DNA from: Catajapyx aquilonaris
Lineage: Eukaryota
Direction: 5' to 3'
NCBI GenBank assembly: GCA_000934665.2
Contig: KZ538038.1
Span: 62,001 to 126,000 of the forward strand
Length of the DNA stretch: 64,000 nt
Below, one piece after another: positions 26,401-39,900 of this stretch. Position numbers and translations under genes: made by a program. Numbering within the stretch: position 1 is the first letter of the stretch; each line of letters starts with the position of its first letter. The notes beneath the pieces were generated by a model. It did no database searches. It was not told where the DNA came from and saw only the letters and a list, made by a program, of their open reading frames with translations.

Positions 26401-28801
26401 CATGGTGTTTCTTAAGGAGGAAATGTAATCTGTTGTATGTACGTAGATTGCTACTACACATGGTGCGATTGTATAGGTATACAATCATATTAATGAGGAG
26501 GATGAATGTGTGTGGAATAAAGTGTTGCGAGTGAGGTTAGTATAGAATAATCTGCGCATTGTAATTATATGGAGGAGGAGATTGTAATATTCCCATACGC
26601 TGAGTTCTTAATAGGAAAAGGCCCCAGAAAGGAAAACGTGGGAATTCCAGGTATGCAAAATGTCTCATGATGTTTGTTAGTCTCAGACCTCCTGCGAGCA
26701 CACATGTGTGTCAAGAGACCCGCGGGTGTGGCCAAGGCTAATGATGTTTGCTTATATATACTGTAGATGTAATTTCCGTAAGTTAATTAAGCCTGGAACC
26801 GTGTGACTTTCTGTTGAAGTAAGTCTGGATGTGATAAGCACACACTGCGTACAGCCTTACAATAGCACAACTGACGTATGGCCCTCATTGTTAATGTATA
26901 TACACCGTATTGTTGTGGTATAAGTTACACGTACTGTACAGTACCATGTAAAGAAATAAAATTTTCATGGGTGGATGCTCTGAATGCACGTATGTAAGTA
27001 CCTCAACCTCACGCAAAACAGTCTCCATAAATACCCAGCCCACTTTTTAAATAATGCAGTGAACTAATGAAACCGCACTTACACTGTAGGTATTTTAAAT
27101 TATCGGTGAACACACACATTTTCGCTTAAAATGTATACACATAAATAGTAATGTAAAAAAATTATTTGCATCGCAAGGACGAAACAACATGCCTGCGGTT
27201 CTCCATGAATAATTCATTTCGGTGTAATAAAGCATAATGCTGCATGTTCAGTGCAACATTATCAACTGCGCCGCTTATTACAGGAATTAAAAAATATCTT
27301 CAACAACAATAATAATTAAGCCTCCTATGCATTGGAGCCTTTCCTCTCTCTTTCTCTCAAAGTGTTTTATTTCTTTGAAATGACTAATTTATTAACAGCG
27401 CATGCAAGCAGTGACACTAAACAGACCACGTTTCATTGCGCAAACAAAATGACGACGCATTAATGCCCACCCAACAGCCATTAATTTTAATCCAACAGCA
27501 ATAAGAGCCCATCCGAATTACTGTATACGAGCGAATGTGCGGTGCATTATACAGGGGCAATTACAAGTTACGTGAAATAGCCGTTAATTTGAATAGTAAT
27601 GGATTAATGGGGTAATTCTTGTCTGGCCCTGTCATCAGAAGCACGTGACACGCTTTCATTCAGAACCGCAGTTGCTTAATACTACCTTTTGTCTTTAATA
27701 AACTGCTCCGTCAATTAGTGGCTGATCATTGCAACAAAAATATTACCATTTAACCCACAACATGCAGTGTGTTGTCAATAAAATGTACAAGTATTGATCA
27801 AAATAATCTGAGGTAGTCGTCTGATTTACATTCCTTCTATAGAAATGTGGCCAAATGACTGCTCCAGAGGTAGGCCGAGTCCATAAATGTTGCTTCTACA
27901 AGCTGTGGTGCCTATTTTAATAGTATACTGCGCGTAAATATAATTATTCCGTCCGCATACCGGAATGCTGCTCTCTGCAGAAACCAATTATCTTACTTTT
28001 ATTACTCCCCGCAATAGCTTAGTTTCGGGAGTTGATGCATAAGTGGGATTGGGATGCAATTGGTGGAGGGAAAATTCCCCAGAGAAAGAATTTAAATCTA
28101 GGAGCCAACTGATTCACACGAGCCAAAAAAAAAATACAAATACAAATAAAATTTACAAGCCCAGAGGGAAACAATGCAATCTCATTCTAATATTTACTGC
28201 GCATGATCTGGCTAGAAGTCTGACGTGAGAAGCGATCATGCTGGGTTATTATTTGAACCTCAGTGTAGATGGAATTTTAAAAATTCATTATAAAGGAAGT
28301 ACTTACTTAATGGTCCAACAGAGAACATTATTTTCCAAAGGTCTGGTCGTATTAAGTTATAATTTGAAATTTACGTGCAAGGTGTTTCGCAGAAATTCAC
28401 ACAACACGTCCAGTTAGATAATTATTTTGATGAAAACATTTTCCGGAATATAACGCCCGCAGAAAAGTTCTGTAAAAATCGTAAAGCCAGAAGTGGAAGG
28501 TGGGGCCGGGGAAACAACCGCTCACTGCTGCGTAGTGAAGTGAAGAACGGCTCCGAAATTCTACCGCTAATTGGATGTCGGAACGAAATGTCAACTCAAA
28601 GCCGTATCGGCGAAAACCTCGCGAATGCTCTCTTACATTCTCTTCTGCCTTCCAACCCTTTAAGTGGAATGGAGACCACCACGCAGTTAGAAACTACATT
28701 AAAACGTGCCTTACAGCAGTGTATGTATAAAGCGAGAGTAGTACTCCAACAGTTTGACTTAACAAACACAAACAAGGTTTGATAATACAGTTTATTTAAT
28801 A

Positions 28802-29096
28802 TCCTATACATATCAGACAGACGTCGGATCGGACTTTTCGTTCCACCCAGCAACTTACATACAGTTTGTCCATATGTACTGTATGTCACGGCTATTTAAC
28901 CCCCTTCTAGACTACTGAGAGTGATGAAACTTTGCACACCGATGTCTTACATGCCGCTGATTGAGGGAAAAGTCTAAACACCGCACCTTTTTGAGTCTGA
29001 ATGTCCCAAATGTGGGATTTTTTAAAACGAAGCTGCAATTTTACGAACTTTTTTTTCATTTATCAATCCCCGTGCGAAGAACGGGTTCCCTGCTAG
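28802..29096 (+). mobile_element. Non-autonomous Helitron (rolling-circle element), apparently complete, about 295 bp
   Basis: The 5' end is A|TCCTATACATAT. The 3' end has a GC hairpin CCCGT-gcgaaga-ACGGG (29069-29085) a few bases before CTAG|T (29093-29096). It is inserted between A and T with no TSD, and carries an internal GATGAAACTTTGCACAC segment of the kind seen in invertebrate mini-Helitrons. Confidence 0.8.
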
Positions 29097-30000
29097 TATG
29101 ACATAAGGGTCAAAACGGTAACACTTCTCACCGCTGATTTGGCCCAACTTTCTCCGATATCCGGCTCCTCATAACGCCTCTCATAAAGCGCCTTAATTTA
29201 ATTACTAAATTAGCCCTCCCCCTCCCAAGAGCCCATTAAATCCAAGTTGGACCGAATTGGCCCCTGGTATATCTGCAAAGGCATCATGTAGATAAGAGTC
29301 ATTCCGGGTGTAAGTACAGGTCAGGGGCTCGTTCCTTAGCCTCTGCTTCCAACTGCAAATTGAATCCAGAAAATGGGATTTTGTCCTCCTCAGTTCCTCT
29401 CTCTCCATCCCCTACCACCTTCTATAAGAGTGTATATAGCACACGGTATACCCTCCTCTTCCATCCTCGGGGATTCTCCTAAGTAGGAGAGGAGCAATGT
29501 CATTGAAAAGAGAACGGGGAGAGACAGGCTATTAGGGAAAGGCCCTTGCTGGAGAGTGGGCCACAAGCCCTTCCGGCCCAAAGTGGGTTAGAGAGATGAA
29601 GGACCCCAGCCGAGATGGCTACTTATCGCTATATACCCATACCCTGCGCCTATTGAAGCACTATGTGCTGATGCTGATGGAAGGGAGGGGGAGCATGCTG
29701 CCAAAAAAAGGGGGGCACGAGCAACATTCTTATTATAATCCGGGATGGCCAGGCCTGGATTACCCTGTTGGCGAGCCATCAACGCGGATGTAAGCAAGGC
29801 TGCTGAACGGCCAACCCCCGAAGCTCATCTGGGGAGAATTACGGCATTGTAATCCCTTACTGTACTGCCGGTGGTGCCGTTTAGCTGTTCATAGAGGAGA
29901 AAATATGATACATCGCGGCTATGGCCACATAACCGTTTTTGGGCCGATAACAGACAAGTAACGGACGCTAGATGTGTAATAGGATCATACACTCTGTGAT

Positions 30001-30093
30001 TACTGCGCAGAAAGAACAATCAGCAGGCCTACTGCGCATCAGAAAACCTATATACTGCGCAGAATGAGCAAAAAGTAGGCCCACTACGCATCC
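30001..30093 (+). repeat. Imperfect tandem duplication, period about 52 bp, rich in ACTGCGCA
   Basis: tactgcgcagaaagaacaatcagcaggcctactgcgcatc (30001) versus tactgcgcagaatgagcaaaaagtaggcccactacgcatc (30053). Confidence 0.7.
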
Positions 30094-30643
30094 AACTCTG
30101 GAGAAGTTTACGCCATTTTTGATTGTACCTTACATAGGCCTGGACCATAAACTGAGCTTAATTTAGACAGGTCGAGCTTTAAATAATGACCATCGTGACT
30201 GAAGAGCGTTGCCATCTCTCTCCTCTTATATTAATCCGCATCCTCTGCTCATTTTTCAACATTTTCATCAGTGTTGGAGGATCAGGTGAAAATGTGAAAT
30301 CTGGGCCAAGTGGTCGGGGAAAATGTGCTGATTTTTGATCCCAGTGAACAAAGATTTTTTATATAAAAAAAGTCAAGTCACTTCGCCTTTGTTGCATCCC
30401 ACACTTGACTCATGTTTGGGTTTGCTTCACAAAATTGTATATTGTTGGTTTTTGCACACTTTCATGTCCCTGCCAGTACCTGCCTGGCAGAATGACAAGG
30501 ATTTTATTCCTTTCTTCATATCTTGTGGCTAACTGTCCATTTAAACTTTTCAATACTGGGATATAGTTTATATTACTCAATGAAAGAAATGTCAGTTACA
30601 TCTGAGCACTTATTGGTGGGGAAAGATAGTGTTCCAGTTTTAT

Positions 30644-30669
30644 CCCCCCCCNCCCCCCCCCCCCCCCCC
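30644..30669. repeat. poly-C tract (contains N)
   Basis: About 25 C with an N at 30652. Confidence 0.95.
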
Positions 30670-33600
30670 AGGTATTCAAGGACTGAAAATGTTCAAAACA
30701 TTATTTTATGGTTTGTGTGCCACTCAAACGCATAAGCATCATTTTCCTGGATTCTGGCTGCATAAAAATTAGAGGCACCATCTGTGCACTGAATCCCACT
30801 CCACATTTATAATAGAACATACACATGCCCCAACAAGTTAAAATGCCAGTTGCAGTACCCCAAAAAAGCTGTTAATATGTAAATAAGTATGTAAAAATAT
30901 TGCTATATAAATATTGTTCTACAAACTGTTCACTTCAACACGAAGAGCCAGCAAGGGGCATGTATTATGCATATGAATACTGACAAGCCGGATTTTCACA
31001 ACTTATCGCATTTTTTTTCTCCTCACTTCTAACATGATTCAGTGGCAGGTGGTAGAAATACAGTACATGCCTCACTTTCCCTCCAAAAATACACTCTTCA
31101 GCAGTCTCCCTATATTTTTAGCATATATCTCTTTTCTTCTGTAGGAAGTGATCGATTCATTGCATGAGGTCCAGAGGATTCCGCGGCCTTTTGGCCCTCT
31201 TTCCCTTTCCACTTTTGCCTTCCAGAGAACGTGATTTCCACATGCTCAGATCCCCTTTCCTGAGTTACGTGCATCCCTTACATATCCGGGATATCGGTTT
31301 CCCAGACACACACACACCCACATTCTCTTCTTTCCTTGAAGGGATCAGGGGCGCTCCAGCAGGAATGGTGTCGGGCGTGATCTGAAGGGACTAATGGTGC
31401 CTCAGAAACCAAGGGGCAAGCCTATGATTTGCTGGTCGGAGAAAAGCGATTCAGTTCACGCGAACTTGCAGTCAAACGATGCAGTTGCTCGTTAGGAGAG
31501 ACTGCATGCTGTGTGTCTACTGTAATGCTGCAGCACATACATCTCTAGCCAGATGGCATGTTGCAGCAATGCAATCGGATCACGCCATCACTTCTGCTGC
31601 CGACATTGACACGAATTTTTCAAGCATGCTCGTTACCGGTTCTCGTGTCGTGGGTGTGATGATGTAACCGATTCGGTCATGCACTTCAATACATCATTGA
31701 ACTTAATTAGCCTCGGATTCAGAGGAAACGGCTGCCATTTTTTAACTTGCACAAGACCTATATAACTGAATTAATAATACACGTGCAGTGCATACAGTCA
31801 ATTACAAATTATACTGCAGTAACAGAGTGGTAGGAAGTTTATTGGTTATTGCTCCACATCAAGGCCCAGGCAGCGATTTTAAAGCACGCCTACACCGGTT
31901 AGGCCTCTAATTAGTATAATTATATTTTCTAACAACGACGAAAGCAAACCAACCCGCTTCAGTGAAATCTCCAAAATTAGGTTACTGGGCACATCCCAAC
32001 TGATGACGTCCATGTGCTGTACATGCGTCTCCGATTTGATTAAGGCTATATGTACCCGTTTATATGTAACACTGTGCGGCGTGTTTCGTTTTATATGTCC
32101 TATATACCAACCAGTCTGCCGGATCACTTCCGAGGAGCAGAATCTTCCTTGACATTTAGGGCCAAGGCTTTTGTGCGGATTTGATGAAAAGGAAACGAAA
32201 GAGGAAGAAGAAGGGGGGGAAAAAAAGGAGATATATAGAGAACGAAATTCTTGCTTCGGGTTTTTCTGAGGTTCATTCAAGCGGACTATCTGTCGGAAGA
32301 TTTACCAATATCAAGACGAAATAAACAGATTATACGCACACTGGGCTCTCTCTCGGAAGGCAGGAAGGAAGGAAGGAAGGAAGAAGCGGAAAAAAAGTAT
32401 AAAAGTCAGCGTGCCTGATACACAGCACATATATGTACATAAGAAATTACTGAAGTTAAATCCAGTGCTTTGTGTGTGTACAGTACTGTTTATTCTTGCG
32501 ATTACGGCCTTGTTGAGTATCAAAATTGCTGGCGGGTAATATGACGCCCACTCGTTACAGGTTTAAATTCCCTGCTTCTAAAGGCATCGTCCTGTAGCTC
32601 ATTCATGGCACAAATATACAAACTATGCTAATTACATTCATAAAACCGTGCATGGAAGTTGTACAAAGTCCCCGGCAAAAGGGTTTTACAGTCGCATGCT
32701 TTTGTCAAACGCACCTGAGGATATCAGGCCAAAAGTTTGCGAACCTCTTTTTTTTTAGCTTGCGTGCTGTGTGTGTGTGTAGTGCATCATTAAATTTCAA
32801 AGTTCAAAACACACACAGAGTTTGGGCTGGTGCAGTTAGCTCTGAAGGGCGATTTTGGAAGCGGTTGCAATGCTGTCCGGTTACATCAAAAGGGAATAAA
32901 GTAATGGGGGAGTGTTTGCACCAAGGTTTGCACTGCCGCCGTGCAAAATCCTCTTTTCACACAATCATTCTGCACAAAAAAAAATATTCGGCAGACACCC
33001 GCAGATTTATTCGTCGCCTTAATTAAACAATCTCGTATCTCATACCACGGGCTACAAAGTTGGGATATGAAAAGCTGCCGAATTTCATTAACAGCTACAA
33101 CTGAATTTAAAGTTTAGAAGGTGCAAAATATCAACTATGATTTTTCGGTTTCTATATAGATTCCATTCAAATGATCAGTTATTATCATTTATTAGATTTT
33201 CTGAATTCCATCCTGAGAATTAAATTCTAACTGCATATCATGCTGATTCACAACTGCGCCTAATTTTCTGCCATAAAATTCTGCTCGTACAGTGCATGGT
33301 GCAAGTATGTGCAAAACGCCGTTAATGCGGAACAAACATTGTGTTATGCGAGCGCGTCACGTATCCACAAGTCACATTCATTGCTATTAATGAGCCCTGA
33401 AAAAACAAACGCAGATACATCCACCCACAGCATCCGGGTCCATCGCAATGTTGACCCTTCCTAATGGACCACGAGTGCTGCAGACTTCCAGCAGGAAGAG
33501 GGATAAAAAAAATAAAAAAAGATTGACGAAAAAAAAAGAAATTTCGCATTGATTTGATATAGAGAGCACGCAGGTTCTTTTTTTTTAAATGACGCGCAAG

Positions 33601-36600
33601 AAAAACAATGCCTGTAAAGTCCAGTGTTGTCATTTCATTACCTGGACCGCTTGGGAGATGAAACATGTGGAGGGAAAAAAGGGTCCTTTTGTTTAACCCC
33701 TCTTTGGCCCATTCATGTCGGTCAGGATTTTCGGGGGTTCATTTTCACCCGTACACAGGAAATAGGCCTTTGCTTCTCTATTTTTTTTCTTTTTCAAAAG
33801 AGGCGCACATTGGCAGCAGTGCTCGCAATTAAAAGGCGGACTATAATATATATTTTTTCCATTGCTCTAGTTTTTCCCATATTTTATACCTACATTATTA
33901 CTGACGGCAAACAATGCATAACATTAATTACGTACGTATGCTAGTCAGAGTTGAACTAAGGTTAGGTGCTTAATACTGTATATTGAAGTGCCTGTTTCAT
34001 TTAACAATGTGTTCGTAAGCTGTTTATTTTAATAATTGCTTTTAGCAGCAATGTTGTAGACATTATCTGCACTGTCAAATGAGATGGAAAAGCGCATCTT
34101 GTTACATAATTGTGGGAGGGTATAGTACACCATGCAATAAATAGACCCTATATTCAATTTGAGAGGTTGAAGTGTACTGTACTGCATACGTATGACGCGC
34201 AATCATTTTCCATGTGAAAGAGCTGGAGCCTACTCGTGACTTTGTATAATTACATGGCAAAATACAGACCTAATTACACGAGTGTTAGCCTTTGATTGCA
34301 CCATTGAACTCTAGTGCCAGGGCTCAAAAATTCATTACAATGCAAGACCCGAATGAACCCTCAACCTAATAAAAACATATATTTACAATCCACCTCAAAG
34401 TAACACTTCGGTTAGCTGAAAATCAAAGTCTAATATCAATTTTGACCAGGTTCAGAAATATTTGGGACATGTACAACATATCTCATTTCGGAATGGGAGT
34501 TTTTTTTCTGCCCAGGTGACCATAACACTTGCGGTTGGTCAACCGTCACCAGGGCAAAAAAAATCGAATTATTTTTGACTACGGTATTCGAAAAATTATC
34601 ACCTCTGCAAAGTGCACACCTGATTTCGGTCTGATTGCCTCGAAGCTTCCAACCGAAGAAGAGCTATAGATGGAGGAAGAAAAAAAGAAGAAGACGAGAG
34701 AAATCTGATGGAGGAGGTGAGGTGGATATCGACCTCTCCCCACAAAGTTTCCCAATTGTTCTGCAATCAAGTAACCGACAGAGAAATTCCAAAGTGGTGC
34801 ATCATGTCGAATAATTCACGTGGGAAGAACCAGGCAAGTTGTCTGGAGACTAGGGAAGATATGCGGTTCATTTTACGTAGTTTCGGAGGGGAAAATCAAA
34901 GACTAGTCTCTTCAATTATTTTAATAAATGTGTCGAAAACTTTCGAGTGTGCAATGAGAAGTGAGGTATTTCCTAATTCCATAACCTCTCTTGCATGCCA
35001 AGAGTCGAGAGATGCACTTTGGCTCGAACCTAAATTGCATATTTGTGCCTGTATGTGAGACACATGGTACTTAGCCTACGTGCAAGCAGGCTTATTGTTC
35101 CAAGTCTTGTCAAATAATTGCTCTGAGGTAAATAGGTAAGACGATTACTCAGACGAAGTTTACTTGTTACACACTTTTAAAAAAAAACGTCAAAGTCCCC
35201 TGCACGAATTAATCTGACTTTAATAAATTACAAACGGCAAGTGCAATATTAATATTGAACTGTGCTTTGTTGGCCTTAGAGTAATATGACACCCTGTAGC
35301 TTGTTTCACTTCATCAACCGGGGGACATATTGCATGTGTCAAAATAATAAGCTTATGTAATCAGAGCACAGCCCCCGAACGTCAACAACAAACTGACAGA
35401 TGCAAACCAATGAGGATGAATGATCTAAACCGCTATAACAAACAGCCGCATTTTAAAACATTAATTTTAAAAAAATTCGCACCAAATTAACACGGCATGC
35501 ACACACAGCATTATTCCGGCTGCCAAAATCTAGTTGTTTTTTTTAAAATCCCGAGGTATGAAATATGTCGTAAATACCTCATGTTGCCAGCGTGTGGATA
35601 TTTGAATGGATCCGTAAATATTAATTTCCTGGCCAGACCCACGGATATATCTGCGGAATACATTTGCGTTAACCAGTGAGTGCTATAGCAATGTCACTAC
35701 GAGTAATTACCAACCTTGCTCTCCAAAAAAATAGGCCTATGTTGCTTTAAAAAATTGGGAAAGTGCATTAATGCTATCATTTCCCCTCCACTCTCAATAC
35801 GTTGTGGGCTCATTGCATATACACCAGCGGCAGGAATTGCGCGAAACTAATTACAGGCAGCGACATGTTGGGAGGGTTTGTCGGTGTAAACCGCTGCAAA
35901 AAAAAGGGGGGGACCAAACCGTGTTCGGCCGAAATGCATCTCGGCAGAACAAACCCTCTTAAAGCAAAGGGAGCCGGAGCCATTGGGATGAAATCGCGTG
36001 CGAAACCGAAAAGTATTGGGAATCGCAAATTTGAATCTCGCCATTTGCGTCGGAATTACTGCTCAAATCTATCCGGTTGAAATATCGAGCTCTAGACTGA
36101 AATATAGTTCAACCGGATTAAGCCGCATTCTGTGGAGAGAGAGAGAGAGAGAAAAAAAGTCAACTCGGGAAAAAACAAATATCCGAAAACAAACTGTAAT
36201 TTCGGATTCGCGTGCAGAAATGCATCCAGCGAAATTTCCCCCCTTGCCAAACTTCGCTAATTAACTCGACTCACATTTGCAGCCGATTGATAGCTAGGGA
36301 TTCGGATCGTTTCCGGAAACCGAGTTTCCCCAACGATTTTCCGCATTACCTTCAAACCATAAATATAGTTATTGGACTCTTATGACTCTGCCTAAAATTA
36401 TCTGCAACATCCTCAGTTTGATATAATAAAACAACTCCTAAAATAAATATCAGGTTTCGGAATCTGGTTCATTTTTGCACAAATATTTCGCACTGTGCTA
36501 GAAACAAGCCGTACGAGCCATTCCTTAGCAGCAGTCGCCCATTCCGAAAAAATTTCATTAAAATCCTATTATTAAATCGTTCGCACTTGAAAATGATGAC

Positions 36601-36911
36601 CCAGTAATTGAACTCAGCGTTGAAAGGAAATCGATTTGGACCCCACCCATCCTCTCTTTTTTTCCTCCTCCATTTCCATTCTCCAGTACCTCCAGATCAG
36701 ATATAGACACCTGGAGAAAATATCTTGGGAGGCCTCGTTTCCAGGCGTTGTTTTTTTTCTTCTTCTTACTCGAAAGGCGCAGTCTTGACGGGTATGTATT
36801 CATCTCGGTCTTCCTTCCCCCGGATAAATCTGACAGGGGTTTGTTCCGGATTACCATTTTAAGCTGGCACGTCTGGGGCCCCTCAAAATAATAGAAGCCA
36901 AGCTTCCTCCA

Positions 36912-36935
36912 CCCCCCCCCNCCCCCCCCCCCCCC
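36912..36935. repeat. poly-C tract (contains N)
   Basis: About 23 C with an N at 36921. Confidence 0.95.
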
Positions 36936-39900
36936 ACTGGAGCGGTTGATATCGACAAAAAGGTTGAAATGGATGAGTAAGTGGCCAAGACGTTTTAATC
37001 AACTCACAGCTAGATTAGATGCCACGGACCATAATTTGAAGCAGCCTGACCTATTAAAATTAAGCTTTCGGAATGTGGACATTCAGGCTCGCGAGTGTTA
37101 ATGCGATTAATTGACAAATTAACATTAAAAAAAAAATCAAATGGTGGCTGTTGATAGGTATATTGGCAACATTGTGGGTATTAGTGGTTGTAATGGTCAC
37201 ATATTTCGCTTTGCAATAGTAATTACTATACAAACTGTTGGCTTCAATGAGTCGGTTTAACGAGCACAGTAACCTGGGGGAATGCAATGTATACAGTGCA
37301 TAACATAAAGTAGAACTAAATGTGCTAATAGTATATTAAATGAAAAGTCGTACACTACTTCAGGAAATGCGACAAGTTGCCTTTCTACTTTAAAGCAACC
37401 AAGTAATTTCTTGTTGAATCACCCTGTACACTCTGAAATGACCTTCACTTCTCCCAGATTTTTTTAAATTTAAACAAAAGTCGCGACTGACGCTCTCATG
37501 TTCCTGAAATCGAGGTAATATGACGCCCTTTGACACGCCAAGCCTTTTTTTCTCTATACACGTGGATCCACTTTCCTGCTCGATTGACTAAACTGACACG
37601 TTTTTTTTTTTTTTGAAAATTCCGACATCAATTCAAACGCGAGCAAAATTTCAGATTTCGTTCAGGTAGAAGCTGCATGAAATAAAAATAATGCCAGAGC
37701 ATAGGAAAATAAACGCACTGTGTACAGCATTATTAAAAGCACTTACAACCGGCTGCACAAATTTTTTTCCATAACAAATATTTAACTTCAATTTTCCCCC
37801 CCAGGTTGGGCAGAATCCGATCACATTTTTTTTTTGCATGAAAAGCACATCAGCTAAACGTGGGCTTTTCCAAAGTATAATCCGGCATAAGTTATGTTTA
37901 TTGCAACGGCTATCACAGAGCTCTAGTGCGCTTCTATCGAGCTGTGTAATGCCGTGTTTTATCACATCTGCATAAATTTTGCAAAACTCCTCCCACTCAC
38001 TAACCCGCCCACCAACCACAAAACAACACACACACACAGAGAAAATGTGGGTCGAATATTATGCTGCGACAGAAAATCGGATTTAATGGCCCCCGGATTC
38101 ATCAAAAGACGTAAAAAAAATAAGCTATAGTTAATGCAGGGTAATAATACAGCCGTGTTTTTGTAATTAGAGACAAAACCCAGTTGGGCTCCACTTCTAA
38201 GCCCGCAGAGGATCATTTTATGTTGTGAAGTTATTTCGTCGCACCAGTTTTGTTGATGACATAATTGGAATTAAATTAAATGTACAGGTGTGTCTATACC
38301 CTGCCCGTTTAGAAAATATGGCAAACTTGTCAGGATATTTTACACTTTTTGTTTCAAGCCAACAATATCTCACATTAACGTCGCATCCGCGAATAGACAG
38401 CGTCCAATCAATCCCTATGATTGGTCAGTTCTTTGCAAATTCACCCTTGATTGGCCGTCAGTGCACGATAATCAGACGTCAAAATCTGGCCAACCATCAT
38501 CAACTATACACGTTGTCCTGACACCACTCGAGCAATTTCAATGTCGATGTTCGATCACTAGTCACATGTCAATCAATTTATAATTTTTCACAAGTTTTTT
38601 TAAAACACAATAAAGAGTACTTGAACAAGGTCAGCTGCCAGATTTTTTGGAGCCTGACTGTATAGCCTGTGGGGGGGGGCCTAACCACTGGAGGGGAAAT
38701 GTGGCAGGAGAGAAGATTAGAGAGAAAGTCACCAGGGCTCTCTCTCTTTTATATCCGGAGACAATGGACCCGCCAATTAGGACGATGACTTTGAGGAAGA
38801 GCCAAACCAACCGTCACCACAAGCAAGGGTTGGAGGAACCAGAACACTGAAAATGGAAGGAAGAGGGCAAAAAAGACACAAAAAAGGGGCTGAGTTAGAA
38901 AGAAAGCAATTGGCTTAGAAATCTCCGGAGAACTTTGCTTTAGTTTGGCCCCCAATCAATCAATGCAGTTGGTTCGTCATTTACATTAAGCGTCTTTTGG
39001 CCTGTCCTTTGTCCGCACTGTTTTTGTTTACTTCTTTATCCAACAATTGTGTATAGTCGAATCTCCGGCTCGAAAGCTTCAACAAATTGCAATTACCAGC
39101 AATCGCACTTTCGATTATTTCTGATCGTTTGTCCGTCGCCATGGTAGCAATTAACGTTTTTTTAAAAAATGCCCCCCGACAGCTCATTCCGCCAGCACTT
39201 TTGATCTCTAATTCGGATAAAGTCATTTTGCAAAAAAAAAAAAGCCCGGCTTGAAAGAGAGAATCGACAAGTATTTGGCACAAAGAGCTCTAACTCGATT
39301 CCCAAGTTCTCATCTGAATCGAGCATCGCTTCCCATTTAGACAGAAGCGAACGACACAGGAGTATAGGACTGGAGGGAATAAAATGTCATCAAATAAAGC
39401 TGTATTTATTTTTTTTAAAGGAAGGAGACAAATGCGCATTCAGATTGAGCAGCCAGTTACAGAGCAATGATGAAAGCATGTTTCTATTACCTACTCTGAT
39501 AAGTCTTGGAATTACAACTGAGGCGATGGAAGTGTCGTAGGCTGTATCCGCGCACTCTTTGCTATCCAATCGGCATAAAGTGATCTTTGGTGTACCGTTT
39601 TCCTGGGTATCTTCATGGAACACTCTGTTAACTCGACTCCACGATTGAAACAAAAACCGGTTCCGCCATTTCCCCCGGTTCGTAATGTTGCTTCTCTTCG
39701 TATCTTTATTTTGGCAAGTAAAATCTGCACATGCAGCAATCTCGCCTGGTTTGGACTGGATTAGACCCCTGCCATGGAGCTTTTATCTCTGGCTTGAATG
39801 GCCCTGGTGTAGAAGAGGGTTTCTGGCTTTAGAACCCCGGCCCACCAGTCCTTCCTCTCGGGGGGGTTTTACAGGAATTGGTACTGCATTTGTATTGCTG

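Noticed and set aside
31125..31235. Good splice acceptor (CTCTTTTCTTCTGTAG at 31144)
   Set aside because: There is no convincing downstream donor, and the reading frames give nothing recognisable.
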